From the NCBI RefSeq assembly GCF_009914755.1, contig NC_060937.1: a stretch of DNA of 64,000 bases. One strand, given 5' to 3'. The position numbers were made by a program, and so were the translations under genes. Shown one piece after another: positions 15,385 through 30,100 of the stretch. How positions within the stretch are numbered: the first letter of the stretch is position 1; each line of letters starts with the position of its first letter. Origin of the DNA: the human T2T-CHM13v2.0 reference genome, Homo sapiens. Under the pieces are notes generated by a model. It ran no database searches and was not told where the DNA came from. It saw only the letters and a list, made by a program, of their open reading frames with translations.

Positions 15385-16021
15385 CATGACTTCTTTACTT
15401 CTTGGGAGCCTTCCAGCATCAATGGTGGCACTCTGTATGGGTCCCGTGGTGTTATTTGACTCCACAGTATTGCATTAAAAACAATGAAAAATATGTAAGA
15501 ACCATAAATCATCACTTTTTCCCATGAGACACAATTTCTTGGATGGATGAACTGCTCATGTGGAGATGATTAGCATCACAAAGCATTTTAAGGAAATACT
15601 TGCAACAGTTCTGCTCACTGCAGTACCACAGGTGGCTATGAAATCATTCCAGTAGTACAGTGTACACTATAGTTAATTTTACGCAGTTATGGTTTAATGC
15701 TGCATCTTTGTTTGTTTACCTTTCTCTTGGCTGTGAATGGTGCCACATACCATGTGTAAATTTTAATAAATCGTATTTTTTATAATAGATTATATATATT
15801 TTATGGTAGTAATGATGAAATACATGAGTATCTACATATATATTATGCATTCATGACATAACTTTTTCTTAACTTGTTTATCTCTAGGCTATGCAGCTCA
15901 TCTATAAGCTGTTTCAAATTGTCACAAATCTCCAAAAAAAATTTCAGTCTATTTATTGAAATAAAAAGCTGCTTGTAAGTAGACTCATGCAGTTCAAACC
16001 ATGTTGTTCAAGGGTCAACTA
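15385..16021. mobile_element. Tigger2-family DNA transposon fragment
   Basis: Terminal gcagttcaaaccatgttgttcaagggtcaact and internal ggtggcactctgtatgggtccc motifs. Confidence 0.75.
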
Positions 16022-16073
16022 TATTTGTAATTCCCTTTTCTGACACAACCTGGCTCCCTTCATCCTTAGTATA

Positions 16074-16884
16074 TAGTAAGTCCTCACTTAACATGATTTA
16101 ATAGGTCTTCTTGGAAAATAAGTGGAAGATGTGAAACGAAACCAGTTTTAACTGTAGGCTAACTGATATAAACAAAAGATCTGTTCCTATGACACATTTC
16201 TGGCCAAAAAACATCACCAAACATGTCAATACAGACAAAAACACTTGTAATATTAAACATTAAAATGAATGCTAGCTCTGCATACATTTAAGGAAGAGTA
16301 ATAGATACCATTCATCCAATTTTTGGTGAATCAGTGAGTGATGGCGATTGTAGTGGCAGTGGGTTAAATCAAGAAATGAATGCTGGCAAGGTGCATTTTG
16401 TAAGAATCACCTCCTACCTCCATGCAGTCAGAACCAATCACAAATATGGCAGGTTCATGAAGCACTTTTGTACCAAATCGTTGTGTATTGCAACATCTGT
16501 GATTATCATGGACTTCACAAATTTTTATTTTACAGTAATTTGCACTCATTTATTTGTTCCTTGTCCAACATGCTTATTCCAGTTCAGGGTAGCAGAGGAC
16601 TGGAACCTATCTAGTGGCTCAGGGCCCCAGGTGGGAACCAACTCTGGACATGCTATTGTACGGTGCACTCACACACACCCGCAGTCACTCACACTGGGAC
16701 CATTTAGACATGTCAGTTAACCTGTGCCCAGTTTTGGGATGTGGGAGGAAACCAGAGTATCTGGAGAAAACCCAGGCAGACATGGGGAAAACGTGTAAAC
16801 TCCATACACACAGTGGCTTTGGCCAGTATATATATTTTTGTCATCAATGTTATAACAAAATGACATTATTCCAGGACTTGCTGT
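16074..16884. mobile_element. MER6 (TcMar-Tigger) DNA transposon
   Basis: Starts tagtaagtcctcacttaac, ends ccaggacttgctg (terminal inverted repeats); length ~810 bp. Confidence 0.75.
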
Positions 16885-17570
16885 TATTTATTCATTTCAT
16901 CTCCTGTGTGTAACCAATCTCCTGTGTCCTTGCTCCTACGTAGGTATACTCTTCACTCCCACTTGGGACTCTTGCACCTTTCATTGGTTGCCTCCACCAA
17001 TTTTCCTTCCAAATGGATGCCATCTTCACCCCATCCTTCCTCAAACACCCTGTCCCAGGCTGCCCTCTTAGGTAGATGACTTATCCTTACCCCCCTAAGA
17101 TGCTGAAGACCCATTTTTCATCCATCTGTGGGTGGCTCCTGATATTGTTCAGTCTTTGATACCTCAATTTCTTTTGTCTACCTTGCAGAAATGCTCTCAA
17201 CTGTCTTCCAGCACTGTGCAGGGTGACACTCTGACACTTAGGCCCTTCGCATTTAATTCATGCCACAATCCCTAACTCTGGGTCAACACAATTCCCTGTT
17301 TTGTCCCCATACTTGTGAGCTGAAATATTCAGGAAGATAAAGGAGGAAAGAACTTCACATACATTTTATAGTCAAAACGCTGAGTTTACAAAGCAAGGGT
17401 TTTGACTGGAATTGCACTGAATGTATAATTTAGAAAGAGAAGGCGTAATATTGTTTCCCCAAACTATTAACATTTTAACAGTCTATCTTATTAACTCTCA
17501 AAGTTTAAGAAATTTCTCATAGAGGTTGTGCATATATTTTTTAGATTCCTAAATATCTCATACCTTTTCT

Positions 17571-17679
17571 ATCTACTCAGAAGGCTGAGATGCGAGGATC
17601 ACTTGACCCAAGGAACTTGTCGCTTCAGTGAGCTATGATTTTACCATTTCCTTCCAGTGTTACAGAGCAAGATGCTGTC

Positions 17680-17714
<35 letters not shown>

Positions 17715-18020
17715 GTATGGCGGCTCATGCCTGTAATCCCAGCACTTTGGGAGGTGAAGGAAAATGGACCACCAGACGTCAGTAGCTTGAAACCGGCCCA
17801 GTCAACATGGTGAAACCCTGCCTCCACTAAAAACACAAAAAGAAGCAGGGCCACCGTGATGGCAGTGTAATCCCAGCTACTTGGGAGGCTGAGGCAGGAG
17901 AACTGCTTGAACCTGAGGGGGTTGGGGTTGGAGGTGGAGGTTGCAATGAGCTGAGGAGCTGAGAGAGCACCACTGCACTCCAGCCTGGGCAACAAAGTAA
18001 GACTCCATTTAAAAAAAAAA
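17571..18020 (+). mobile_element. Alu right monomer with A tail followed directly by a diverged full Alu
   Basis: Monomer 17571-17708, Alu 17709-18020. Confidence 0.88.
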
Positions 18021-19456
18021 CATATAATCATTTCAGTAGACGATGAAAACAATAAAATTCAACGTACCTTTATGATAAAAACTCAACAAAATGTGCAAGA
18101 AGGAACATATCTCAGCATAATAAAGGCCATATATGATAAACCCACAGCTAACATCATGATCAATGCAGAAAAGTTAAAAAAGCTCTTCCTAAGATCTGGA
18201 ACAAGTGTGGTTACTTTTACCACTTTCATTCATCATAGTGCTGGAAGTCCTAGCTACAGCAATTAGACAGGAAAATACAATAAAAGGCATCCAAATTGGA
18301 AAAAAAAAGGAAGTCAAATTGTCTCTGTTTGCAGCTGATATGATCATATGTAAAGAACCCTAAAAATTCCACCAAAAAAACCTACTAGATAAATTTAGTA
18401 AAGTTGCAAGATACAATATCAACATACAAAAATGAGTAGCACACCCATGCACCAATAGTGAAACACCTATGAAAGAAATCAAGAAAGCTATTTCATTATA
18501 AAAAATGATACGTAAGGACAAACAACCAAAAAGGTGAAAGATCCCACAATGAAAACCATAAAACATAGATGAAAGATAGTAAAGCAGACACAAGTAAATG
18601 GAAAGATATCTCATGTTCATGCACTAGAAGAATATTGTTAAAATATCTATATCACCCAGTGTGATCTACAGGATCAATGCAACCCATGTTAAATTACAAA
18701 AGACATTCTTCACAGAAATAAATAGAAAAAAAAAACCTAAAATTCACACGGAAATGCAACGTACCTCAGATAGACAAAAAAATCTTGAATAAAAAGAAAA
18801 AAGCTAGAGGCATCACACTACCTGATTTCAAAATATACTATAAATGTATAGTAACCAAAACAGCATGGTGCTGGCAAAAAAAAAAAGAATGAGGGAGCAA
18901 CAGACAAGACATAGACAAATGACAGACAAATAAAACAGAATAGAGAACTCAAAAGTAAATTTACACATTTACAGTCGACTCATTTTTAACAAAGGCACCA
19001 GGAACACACATTTGGGAAGGACAATCTCTTCAATAAACTGTGCTAGGAAAACCCAACACCCACATGTAGAAGAATCAATCTAGACCGTTATCTTACCATA
19101 TACAAAAATTAACTCAAAATAAAGATAACTTCAATGTAGGTCCTGAAACTATGAGACTACCAGAAAATAAAAAATAAGATAAATGCTTCATGAAATTGAT
19201 TAGGACAAGGAATTTTTAAATAGACAACAAAAGCACAAGCAACAAAAGCAAAAATAGACAAATGGAATTGCATTAAACTTAAAAGCTTCTGCAAAGCAGA
19301 GGAAGCAATCAGTAGAATGAAGAAACAATCTAGAGAACGGAAGAAAGTATTTACAAGCTATGCATCAGGCAAGGGGTTAATACACAAAATAGATAAAGAA
19401 CACAAACTACTCAAAAGCAAAAATACATATAACCTGATTTAAAAATTAGAAAAAGA
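18021..19456 (+). mobile_element. LINE-1 ORF2 fragment (old L1M/L1MA-like), cut off abruptly at the CT-rich repeat
   Basis: IIKAIYDKPTANIMIN, gaagtcaaattgtctctgtttgcagctgatatg, aagcttctgcaaagc; no 3'UTR or poly-A. Confidence 0.9.
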
Positions 19457-20150
19457 TCTACCCAAAACCTTTGTCCCCCACCATTATTTCCCCACCTTCT
19501 TTTCCTGACAGCCTTCAGCTCTCTCGTCATCACCCTTTTTCTTCATCTACCCCAAAACTTTTTCCCCACCATCTTTTTGCAAAGCCTTCTTTACTCTCCC
19601 GCTCACCACCCTTTTCCCCATCCATCTACCCAAAAGTTTTTCCCCACCGTCGTTTTCCCCTCTCCCTGGCCACCTTCTTTTTCCCTCTCCAGCTCTCATC
19701 ACCCTCTTTTGCTCCTCCATCTACCCAAAAACATTTCCCCCATCTTTTCCCAAAGCCTTCTCCCGACTCCTGCTGCTCACCACCCTCTTTTCCCCCTCCA
19801 TCTTCCCAAAAACTGTTTTCCCCATGTCTTCCCCACCTTGCCACCCGCTTTCCCTTCTCCATCTATTCAAAAACATTTCCCCACTGTCTTTTTGCAAAGC
19901 CTTCTCCCAACTCCTGCTCACCATCCTCTTTTCCTCCATCTACCCCCCAAATGTTTCCCCACCGTCTTTTTACAAAGCCTCCCCACCAACTTCCCACTCG
20001 CCGTCTTCTTTCCCCTAACCTGCTTGTCACCCTCTTTTCCCCCGTCCATCTACCCAAAAACTTTTTCCTCACCATCTTTTCTTTCTCCATGGTCTTTCTG
20101 TCCACCGTCTTTTTGCAAAACCTTGTCTCCCTCCCGCTCACCAACCTCTT
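19457..20150 (+). repeat. Degenerate CT-rich tandem repeat, ~8 units of ~60-110 bp anchored by TCTACCCAAAAAC
   Basis: Anchor recurs at ~19457, 19546, 19625, 19720, 19800, 19862, 19939, 20049 with shared ttttgcaaagccttctc and gctcaccaccctctttt sub-motifs. Confidence 0.9.
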
Positions 20151-20314
20151 GGGTAGAACAGGGACAAGTAAACTCAAAATCCCACTTGATTTTGCTATTC
20201 ATAAGCTCCTTATCTCCCACTTTCCCACCAAGTCATTCTAGATTTGAGAGGAGTCATTAGACTCTTATTTAAGTGGCCGTTTCTGCCAGGATGGGTAATA
20301 AGTCAGTTAACATC

Positions 20315-21411
20315 AGGTGAACCAGTCCCCAATATTTCAATGTAGGTTCTTTTCTATTTTCCCTAAGTATTGGCCGGTCTGAGAAATAAGCAGAAAGAGT
20401 ACAAAGAGAGAAATTTTACAGCTGGGCCTCCGGGGGTGTCATCACATATTGGTAGGACTGTGATGGCGACCCCGAGCCGCAAAACCAGCAAGTTTTTATT
20501 AGGGATTTCAAAAGCGGAGGGGTGTACGAATAGGGAGTGGGTCACAGAGATCACATGCTTCAAAGGGCAATAAAAGATCACAAGGCAAAAGGGCAGAGCA
20601 GGATCACAAGGCAAGGGTGAAATTAGAATTACTGATGAGGGTCCATGTCCCTCTGGGCATGCATTGTCTTGATAAACATCTTAAAAGGAAACTGGGTTGG
20701 AGAGCAGACAACCGGTCTGACTAGAGTTCACCAGGCTGGAATTTCCCAATCCTAGTAAGCCTGAGGACACTGCAGGAGAACAGGGTGTATTTCATCCCTT
20801 ATCTCAACTGCATAAGACAGACACTCCCAGAGTGGTCGTCTACAGGCCTACCCCTGGGAATGCATTCCTTCCCCAGGATTATCAATTATTAATATTCCTT
20901 GCTGGGAAAAGAATTCAGCAATATTTCTCCTACTCACACGTCCATCTATAATCTCTCTGTGAGAAGAAAAATATGACTCTATTTTGCCCATCCCCACAGG
21001 CAGTCAGACCTTATGGTTATCTTTCCTTGTTCCCTGAAAATCACTGTTATTCTGTTCTTTTTCAGGGTGCCCTGATTTCATATTGTTCAAACACGCATGT
21101 TTTACAATTTGTACAGTTAACACAATCATCACAGGGTCCTGAGGTGACATATATCCTCAGCTGACGAAGATGATGGGATTAAGAGATTAAAGATAGGCAT
21201 AGGAAATTATAAGAGTATTGATTGGGGAAGTGATAAATGTCCATGAAATCTTCACAATTTATGTTCAGAGACTGCAGTAAAGACAGGCGTATTAAATTAT
21301 AAAAGTGTTAATTTTGGGAACTAATAAATGTCCATGAAATATTCACAATTTATGTTCTTCTGCCACAGCTTCAGCCGGTCCCTCCGTTTGGGGACCCCGA
21401 CTTCCCACAAG
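20315..21411 (-). mobile_element. MER11 solo LTR (HERV-K11/HML-8)
   Basis: Minus strand starts tgtgggaagtcggggtccccaaacggagggaccggctgaagc; internal tandem tgtccatgaaatcttcacaatttatgttc; ~1.1 kb. Confidence 0.88.
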
Positions 21412-22148
21412 TTAATTTGTTCCGCCTTCTGCTAAAGTGTTTCTCACTTTGTCACCACATATTCACTGCCAATCTGGTTTCCTCAGAGTCCTCCTAAAAT
21501 TAATCCATAGGCAAGTTTCAACTCACTCTCATTTTCAAACCAAAAATTATTAGACCCAAAGCTAAAGAGCACCTTGTCTCAACACATAAACTAGAAGAAC
21601 AACAAACTAAGAAAAAAAACTCTTCTTGGCATTTTCCCTCAGACCTAATTTCCAGTTGACCTGCATATTTCTTATTGCTCTCCTTTTCCCTTCCCATTTC
21701 TCCCTCTTAAGCCTTGCCACTGAGAGATGATACGTCAGTTTGTTAGAAAATTGTCAGCAGCAGCAAGATGTCCATTTATTTTAAGTTGCTTTAGTCTTGT
21801 TTGAGTTTTAAGATAAAGCCTATTTCCAGGGCATATTTTCTTTCTTGTGTTGTTTTACACTAATTAGGAAAAAAAGGAATAACCCTGTGTAGAAAAAAAA
21901 TTGAAAAGGTTTTACTTTTAACAAATTCGCAAATATTTTCCAAAGTACATTTAAAAAAGCTGTGCCCTTTAATGGTTCTTTAAAAGTATGAATTTTGAAA
22001 ATAAAATCTTAGACAATTAAGTTATTTCAAAATAACTTAATTTGCACTTGCATTCAGGGAATGCTTGTGAGCTTCCAAATACTAACAATTGACCCTTACC
22101 TATGTCAATGGTAAAACAAATATGTTGAAAAGAAAGTTGATTGATCTA

Positions 22149-22334
<186 letters not shown>

Positions 22335-22421
22335 TTAGATGAAGAAATAGATTGTAAACTCTAAGAATTCAAAATACACATTCTACAGGTTTCACCAATT
22401 CGTTATATTTAAATGAGATCA

Positions 22422-22646
<225 letters not shown>

Positions 22647-22809
22647 TCAAAACATACGATCATTCATGTAATTGTAAACATTGAATAGCATGTTTTTCCT
22701 CTGCCTTCAAAACAAATAATTAATTTTTTTAAAGGAAAGTACAATACTTATTAGCTCTTATTGCTCACTACCTTAATGAAAACAGCAGCCTATCTGAATA
22801 GAACGAGCT

Positions 22810-23010
22810 CGGTCTTTGGATTCAGTTCAACTAGGGCTTGAGTCCTACTTTAAACCCTGTCACTTACCAACTATTGCTTAGCCTTTCTGTGCCTCAACTT
22901 CCTCATTAATAAAGATGACAATAGTAGCTTTCTCAAAGGACACCATCGTGATGCTTAAATGAGGAACTATGTAAAGTATTTAGAATAGTTCCTACAACAA
23001 CTCAGTAATT
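22810..23010. mobile_element. MIR SINE
   Basis: ttctgtgcctcaacttcctcatt..tatgtaaagtatttagaatagt core. Confidence 0.6.
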
Positions 23011-23025
23011 GTAATCATTGTAAGA

Positions 23026-23322
23026 TTTTTGTTTTTTGAGACAAGATCTCACTCTTTTGCCCAGGTTGAAATGCAATGGTGTAATTCTACCTCACTGTCG
23101 CCTGGAACTCCTGGGCTCAAGTGATCCTCCATCCCCAGCCTCCTGAGTAGATGGGACTACAGATGTGCACCAGCATGCCCAGCTATTTATTTAAAAATTT
23201 TTGTAGAGTAAGAATTTCACTTTGTTGTCCAGGCTGGTCTCAAACTCCTGGCATCAAGCAATCCTCTCCCCTCAGCCTCCCGAAGTTCTGGGATTATAGG
23301 TGTGAGCCACTGCACCCAGCCA
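23026..23322 (-). mobile_element. Alu (AluJ-like) in ANKRD20A intron 1
   Basis: Dimeric Alu antisense. Confidence 0.9.
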
Positions 23323-25186
23323 GATATTATAATTACTACTATTACTACTACTTAACAAAAACATTTTAATTAAGTAAAATGATACAATTTACCTACTTTG
23401 TAGGATGACTTAACGAGTAGTTCACATTTTAACACCTCTGATATTTGAATGCCATTTATGATTCATGATTTATTACAACTATAATTGGTAGCATTTTAAA
23501 AATTATCTTATTGATATATAAAATTATGGGGCATCACACAATCCATGAGACCTTACATTAAGTAGAATATGGTATACTCAGCAGGTCTAAGGCAGTTCTA
23601 GGCAGATAACTGGCACTTCAATACATTTTAGTTCTTAAAGGGGAACTATGGGGAAAGAGCACTGAAATAACAGTAACACATATTTTAAACAAATTAATTC
23701 TTTGATTTTCAAACAACTTGAAGCCAAAGGAAACTCATGATTCAAATGAATACGCATGGCTCATTATATTCAATACTTATATTTACAGAATATATGCAAA
23801 TAAGACTTTCCAATGATGAATATTAGTATTTAAGACTGATAAACTTTTGAAAGGGCAGTTAAAGATTATCTTCTACTATTTTCTAACTTCAGAAATGCTT
23901 TTGTTTGAAAGGTGGGAGATAAAGTTTCAATGAGATTAAGTCCCGATATTCTCATTTTAAATCTCTCAGCTTGTGCAGGCAGGGAGGTAAACATGCAGTT
24001 TTTAAGGATGGAAGGGTTCTGAGAGAGAGAATACGTCTGCTACATAACAGGTACTCAGGTTATGTTTGATGAATAAATGGAATAAAAGAATAGATAAATA
24101 CAGTTGCGGAGTTCAGTATTTTTAAATAAACTCCTATAAAGCAATGTTTTTGCAATAGTAATTATTTGTGTTATTTTTATTTTTAAAGAATACAATTAAA
24201 ATGAAATGATTAATCTATCATTGTTTGCATAAATGGAATGAATCTACACATAAGAAAAACACGTACGTAATAAATATATACATAATAACATCAGGAAACA
24301 GATAAAAACTTTCCATTTTCACTTACGAAGAGGCTAAAAGTTCAAAGAAGATAATAACACACACAATAATGATAAAAAATAGAAAGCGAGAAATTATTTT
24401 TTTCTGTGCAAGATTTATATTCTTCTCTTCCGAAAGATTATTCCATTAATAATAAACCTATACTAGAAGTTTTGTACATGCTCACTGCAGCAATCAGATA
24501 AGAAAAAGGAAAAAAAAACTTTACCTAAAATACAAATGCTCAGAAATTACAAATTTTTATCATATTTTTACATATTTTTTGCTAAAATAAGACCACAGTA
24601 TGTTTATGTGTATGCATAATCGAACCAATTTTTTTTCCTTGCTGGCTATAACAAAATACATCTTTGCACATCAACGTACTTCTGTATCTATTGTCACCTT
24701 CAACGGTCACACATTATTCCATTTTATGGATGCAACTGAAATTTATTTATAGGATCCATTCTGTGGGTTCTTTCTAAAATAAGTGCTGCGAAAAATAAAG
24801 TGCATGTATCTACTTCCTAGGGGTATTTTAGTATAACGGAACTCATGGGTAAAGGACATACATTTTTAAACGTAGCGCTTTATCTATTTGAAAAGTAATC
24901 AGCAACTTAAACTTTAAGCAGCAGTATAAAACATCCTCACAAATGTTGTGGATAGAAAACAGTTTCATTCCTCTTTTAAGTTCTTATACCAGAAATGCGA
25001 AGGATTTTTTCCTATGTACATAAGTAACTTGTAGATCTGGAAAAAAGTACTTTGCCCACTTTTAGAGTTTTTGATGATTTGATTTGAAAGAATTCCCTGT
25101 AAAATGAAGATGTATTTTTCATCTAATGTGTATATATACATATAACTTTTCATCTAATGTGTATAAATGACACATACAACACATTA

Positions 25187-25602
<416 letters not shown>

Positions 25603-26499
25603 TCAAGTATATTCTTTTATTTTGTTAAGTTTTTTCTGAAATACAGGCAGTTTTAATTTTTAGTTTGCTAAATAAACCTTCAAATGTCTGCTTGTGAGGT
25701 CATTCTTAGAAAGGCCTTTGTCAACATAAAATGTACCTGGAAAATAAGTGTTTGTATTTTGTTCTGGTACTTTTCTCATTTGCGTATATAAAAATTTCAA
25801 TCTGTATTCCAATCTGTATGTTTGTGACATGAAATTTCATTAGTTTTCTTCAAACAGCAGACATTTTTTCATTAATAATTTATCCTGCTCATCAGGTCTT
25901 ATATCTTAAATAACTTCAGTGTTTCTGGGTTTCCTATTCTGTTCCATGCCTTTATCTGTCTTTTCAGCTGTTAGTAAACAATTGTAGAAATAGCACATTT
26001 TGATATCTAGAGGAGCAAGTGTTTTTTCACTCCATTATGAAATTTTTTTAAATGTCATCACAATAGTAAAAGACAGGTGTCATGCAAAAATGTTAAAAGC
26101 TTGATATTTTCATTCGGTTTATGTAAAATTGATAAACACAGAAAGAGCTCACATTTTGAGAAAAATGTGTGTTCCCATTCAAGAACACAGAACCCACCTC
26201 CCACTTCCAAGCTTCTAAGAACCTTTAGTAAAGAACCTATCTACAGAGGTGGATACAGATGTAAAACGGACAGTTTAATGAGAACTTTTTGCCTACTGAA
26301 AATAACTCACGGTATTTTTGATAGGGGAATGAGTTATCTCATTAGGCACCTCCTATAACGTATATAACACTATATTTTAAACGTGTACATTAAAAATAAC
26401 AACATCGTATATGCTTAACTTTATGAGTTAAATCACTCAAATTCTCCATCAACTGCTTCAGCCAGGAAATCATGAGGGATGGTAAGCAGCTGAGGCTTG

Positions 26500-27170
26500 A
26501 TTTGGCTCCGCGGCTCCAAGGGTGCCCGGCCCCATCCAAGGCCCCGTCCCATGGGTTGCGGGGAAGCCGGGCCTGGGGACCCCCCTCTCACCCTGGGCTG
26601 ACCCCAGCTACCTGTGCTGCTTGTCCCGGGCCTCCAGGTCTCCGGCTCCTGCGCTCCAGGCCGCGCTCCACCTCCGGTCCTTGACAGCCGCCCTTGGATT
26701 TTCCGCTGTTCCGCGTCCCGGATTCGGTACCCGGAACCGTGCAGACGTGGTCTATGGAGCCCGGGCCATCTCGCCCCCGCGGCTCCCGAAGCCGAAGAAC
26801 TTCTTGGTGGTGGTGACTTCTCAGACCCCCAACCACCGGCTCCTGAGCAGGGGCTGCTCTCTGTCACCTTTTCACTGCCCCCCACCGCCGACCCGGCCCC
26901 AAATCCAGGATCCAACCCCAAATCCCCGATCCAATCCTCAAATCCCCTATCCAGCCCCCACATCCCTGATCCAACCCCAAATCCCCAATCCAATCCCCAA
27001 TCCGCGATCCCAAATCTGCGATCTAACCTAGAATCCGCGATCCAGCCCGGTCCACCACAGCCTTCAGCAGCGACACTCAGTCTCTGACCTCTCCGACAGA
27101 GTGAGCCTCGAAAGCCCTTGAGTGCGCGCCTGCACCGCGGTGGCCGTCCGGCTCCCGGAAGCCTCAGAGG
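26500..27170. promoter_or_regulatory. CpG-rich ANKRD20A-type promoter/exon 1 region
   Basis: High CpG density; tgcgcgcctgca (NRF1-like) at ~27123 and ccggaag (ETS) at ~27155; degenerate (aatcccc)n at 26900-27030. Confidence 0.65.
26612..26805 (-). pseudogene. ANKRD20A: ANKRD20A-like exon 1 coding part (ATG>AAG, several small deletions)
   Basis: ccaccAAGaagttcttcggcttcggg = (M)KFFGFGSRGG..SIDHVCT..SGYRIRDAEQRKI..EVERGLERRS..DLEARDKQHR|gtagct across frames. Confidence 0.9.
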
Positions 27171-30100
27171 ACAGGACATGCCCAGGTGGGAACTGGGCTC
27201 CACAGCACAGCTCAGCTGTGGCTGCAAACCGTGTGTCCAGCCCAGAGCCAGGCCATCCAACTCCCACTCCCCTCTCGCCGACCAATGCTGGCTCCTCCAT
27301 TCCTTCACCAGGGTCTTGGGGCCTTGGGACATCTTTGGGACCTCTGCTCTCCCCAATTCCTCCCCCTGCAGCTCCAGGCCCCCAGCCTCAGCTCACATGC
27401 CCCTAAGGACAGGGCGTTCACTCTGCTAGAAGCACCTCCGGCTGCTGGGTGCACCTGCTGGGTCGATCAGGCAGGCCCCACCCAGACAGCACCCGCTTCA
27501 GCATCCCCTCTCTGTCCCCAATGTCAATGCATACCCCCGCTGAGCCCAGCCCAGCTCTCAGTGCCCAGGACCCCTGAGGCTCAGATGGGCAGATCAGCAG
27601 GGGCACATGGAGCTCCCTCCTGCACCCCCCAGGATGGGACCCACCTGGGGAGCATGTGGGTGGGGGTCCCATCTCCAAGATCTAGAGAGGTGCAGGTGGG
27701 ATGTGCCCCAGCTGCAGCATGGCCCTCTCCCAACTCCAGACTGTCCTAACCCTCAGTGACCCCGCACCCTAGAGTCAGGGCAGTGCTCTGTCCTCGGCGG
27801 AGTCCGGTGGAGCCTGGACACAGCTTTCCCCCCCGTGTTGGCGTAACCCTCAGCTGTCCCATGTCAGGGTCCCCTCATCTGCCCCCTTGTGCAGTGGTTC
27901 CTAGAGATCACTCTCACAGGCATCAGGTGCATGGCCCAAGGTCAGTACCAGTGCCCCTGGTGCAGTGCCCGCTGTCCAGTCCACACTGGCCACCCTGGCT
28001 GGCTGCAGTAACAGAAGCCTCACTCCCTCTGGCCCCCACTCCCCTCTCCCACACAGGCTGGCCACTGGGCTGGGGCACGTGGGCTGCCTGCCTTGTGCTA
28101 AAAATGGAACCCCAGACTTTCTGGATTTAATAATACAATCCTGCCCCACAGGGCCCTCCCCATTTTCTGGGCACACCCCAAACATCTTCCATGGGAGAAA
28201 TTGGTCACGTGAGCCCATCCCTGATGCCCGAGGAGGGATGGGCTTGCCAAGGCTCTTCCCCCAGTTCCCAGGACTGCTGCCAGCACCCCACTGGCACAAC
28301 TCCCCTCAGCACAGTGGGGGAGATGCTGCTGGGTGTCCACTGGGAGCCGGCCCCAGGGGCTGCAACACACAGCAGCACTTTCCTGTAGCCATGGCTATGC
28401 CATGGCCGTGAGTGACCAGGGCTGTTTCTGTCCAGGAGACACACTGTCCTGCACCATGCACTCACCCTCCCCTCTCCCTGCCTACCCTATTCAGGCCTGG
28501 GCTGGGGATCCTGAGCCACAGTGGCTCAGCCACCAGCCCTGCCAGCCGCCTGCCCAAAAGCATGCTCCCCAGGCCACCCAGACACGAGGAGCCCAAGAGA
28601 GCTCTTCCCAGGGCCATTCAACCACCCCTCAGCCTCCCTTCACCCTGCCCTGCACTTGGAGAGGCTCTGTGACCCACCCCCCACACAAGAACTCACAGGA
28701 ACGCCCTTCTCTTTTTGGGAGAAAGTTCTGCTGGCATCAGGGACCACTGAGGGAAGCGAGCACATGGAGAGCAGGACTCGGGTCCCCCATGACTGTGCCC
28801 CAGCAGCCCCACTGTCAGACACTTCTGAGCTGCCATGGGTACCCGTTTCACAGGTAGGGAAACCGAGGCTCAGATCCAGGGAGCAGCAATATGTGTGGGC
28901 CCACCCATCTTTCTCCACAAGCCGCAGGAGCCCAGCGGCAACAGTGGGGAGACCCTGCTCTGCCTGCCCCCACCCTGCCACTGGCCTGCAGGCTCCCCCT
29001 GGGATGTGGCTGCCCACCTGCAAAGCTATGTCCTCGCCACCCAGGTCTGAGTTGTGCAGAGCTGGCTCCAGTGGCTGTAGGTGCTACAGTCGCAGGGCCT
29101 CAGGTCTTCACACCCCCCATCTGTGCTGCCACAGCCAATGGCACTGAAGACAACTGTCCTCAGATGGGGCTGCTGGCCTGGGGGTTGCCACTGCCAAGGG
29201 TGAGCTGTCACCTTCCAGGATGCTCAGGTTGGGGGAGCCTGGTGTGGCCCCAACCACAGCCCTCTCCAGCCCCTGCTACCTGCAGCCCATCACAGGAAGC
29301 TTCCATAGGCAGGGCCCTTGGTTTGCCCCTCACCTTCTTGGTCTTCAATGTGGGGGGCTGAGAGCCATCCTGAGATGGAAGCTGGAAGGAGAGCAGGACC
29401 CCAGGCCTCACTTGAATCAACCAACTGTGGTGAGCCAGCCCCGCCCCTCCCGCAGCCTGCCTTCGGGCAAGGCCGCCACCACTCCCCTACCATGTCCAGT
29501 GGTGCGCCCCACAACAGGGGGCCCAGCTTGTCAGGGGAAGGACCTCTGAGGAATGGCCATGTCCTTGTCTCCAGAGGGCCAGGTGCTCGGCCTTTCTCCT
29601 GGGCCCAGGGTCAGAGCAGGGAGGAGTCTAGGGCACTGTATGGGCTTGACCTGAGGCTCACAGAGGATGCAGCCCCCAACCACTGGTGCCTGGGAGGCCA
29701 AGGAGCTGCTCCTGCAGGGGCGGTTGAACCCAGTCCTTCTGCTGAAAGGCTGAGCTCCTGCAAGGCCTCCAAAGGCTCACGGGAGAGTAGGAGAGATTCC
29801 ACGGAGACTGTGCAGAAGCTGCACGCCACAGCTTCATCCAGCCCTGGCTTCTTCCACCAGAGGCGTGAGGGCTCTGTGTCACCAAGAGTGTTGGCAGCTG
29901 ATTGGGCTCCATGCAGCATGATGGCTTTGATCTGAGCCCCAACACCAGCCTTGGCCTCCAGCCCCCTTGCCAGGCCTGTTCTGCCAGAGCTCCAGCCTCT
30001 CTACTCTTTCCCTGGGGAGGCCACATCCCAGGTGGGGTGGCAGGTTTGGTTTCCCCTGATGGAGGAGAGCCGAGTGCTTCTCCATCAACAGTGGTATCAA

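Noticed and set aside
19457-20150. CRISPR-like appearance (constant anchor with variable spacers)
   Set aside because: The spacers are homologous to each other, the anchors are degenerate, there are no cas genes and the DNA is primate.
19471-20260. Long ORFs (256 and 227 aa) in the CT-rich array
   Set aside because: Stop-poor low-complexity repeat; P/S/F/L-rich translations in several frames; non-ATG starts; no domain.
21190-21360. Tandem ~90-bp duplication
   Set aside because: Internal feature of the MER11 LTR.
26433-27356. 307-aa minus-strand ORF over ANKRD20A exon 1
   Set aside because: Only the short GSGYRIRDAEQRKI stretch is in the true frame; the rest is GC-rich UTR/intron and it runs through the splice donor.
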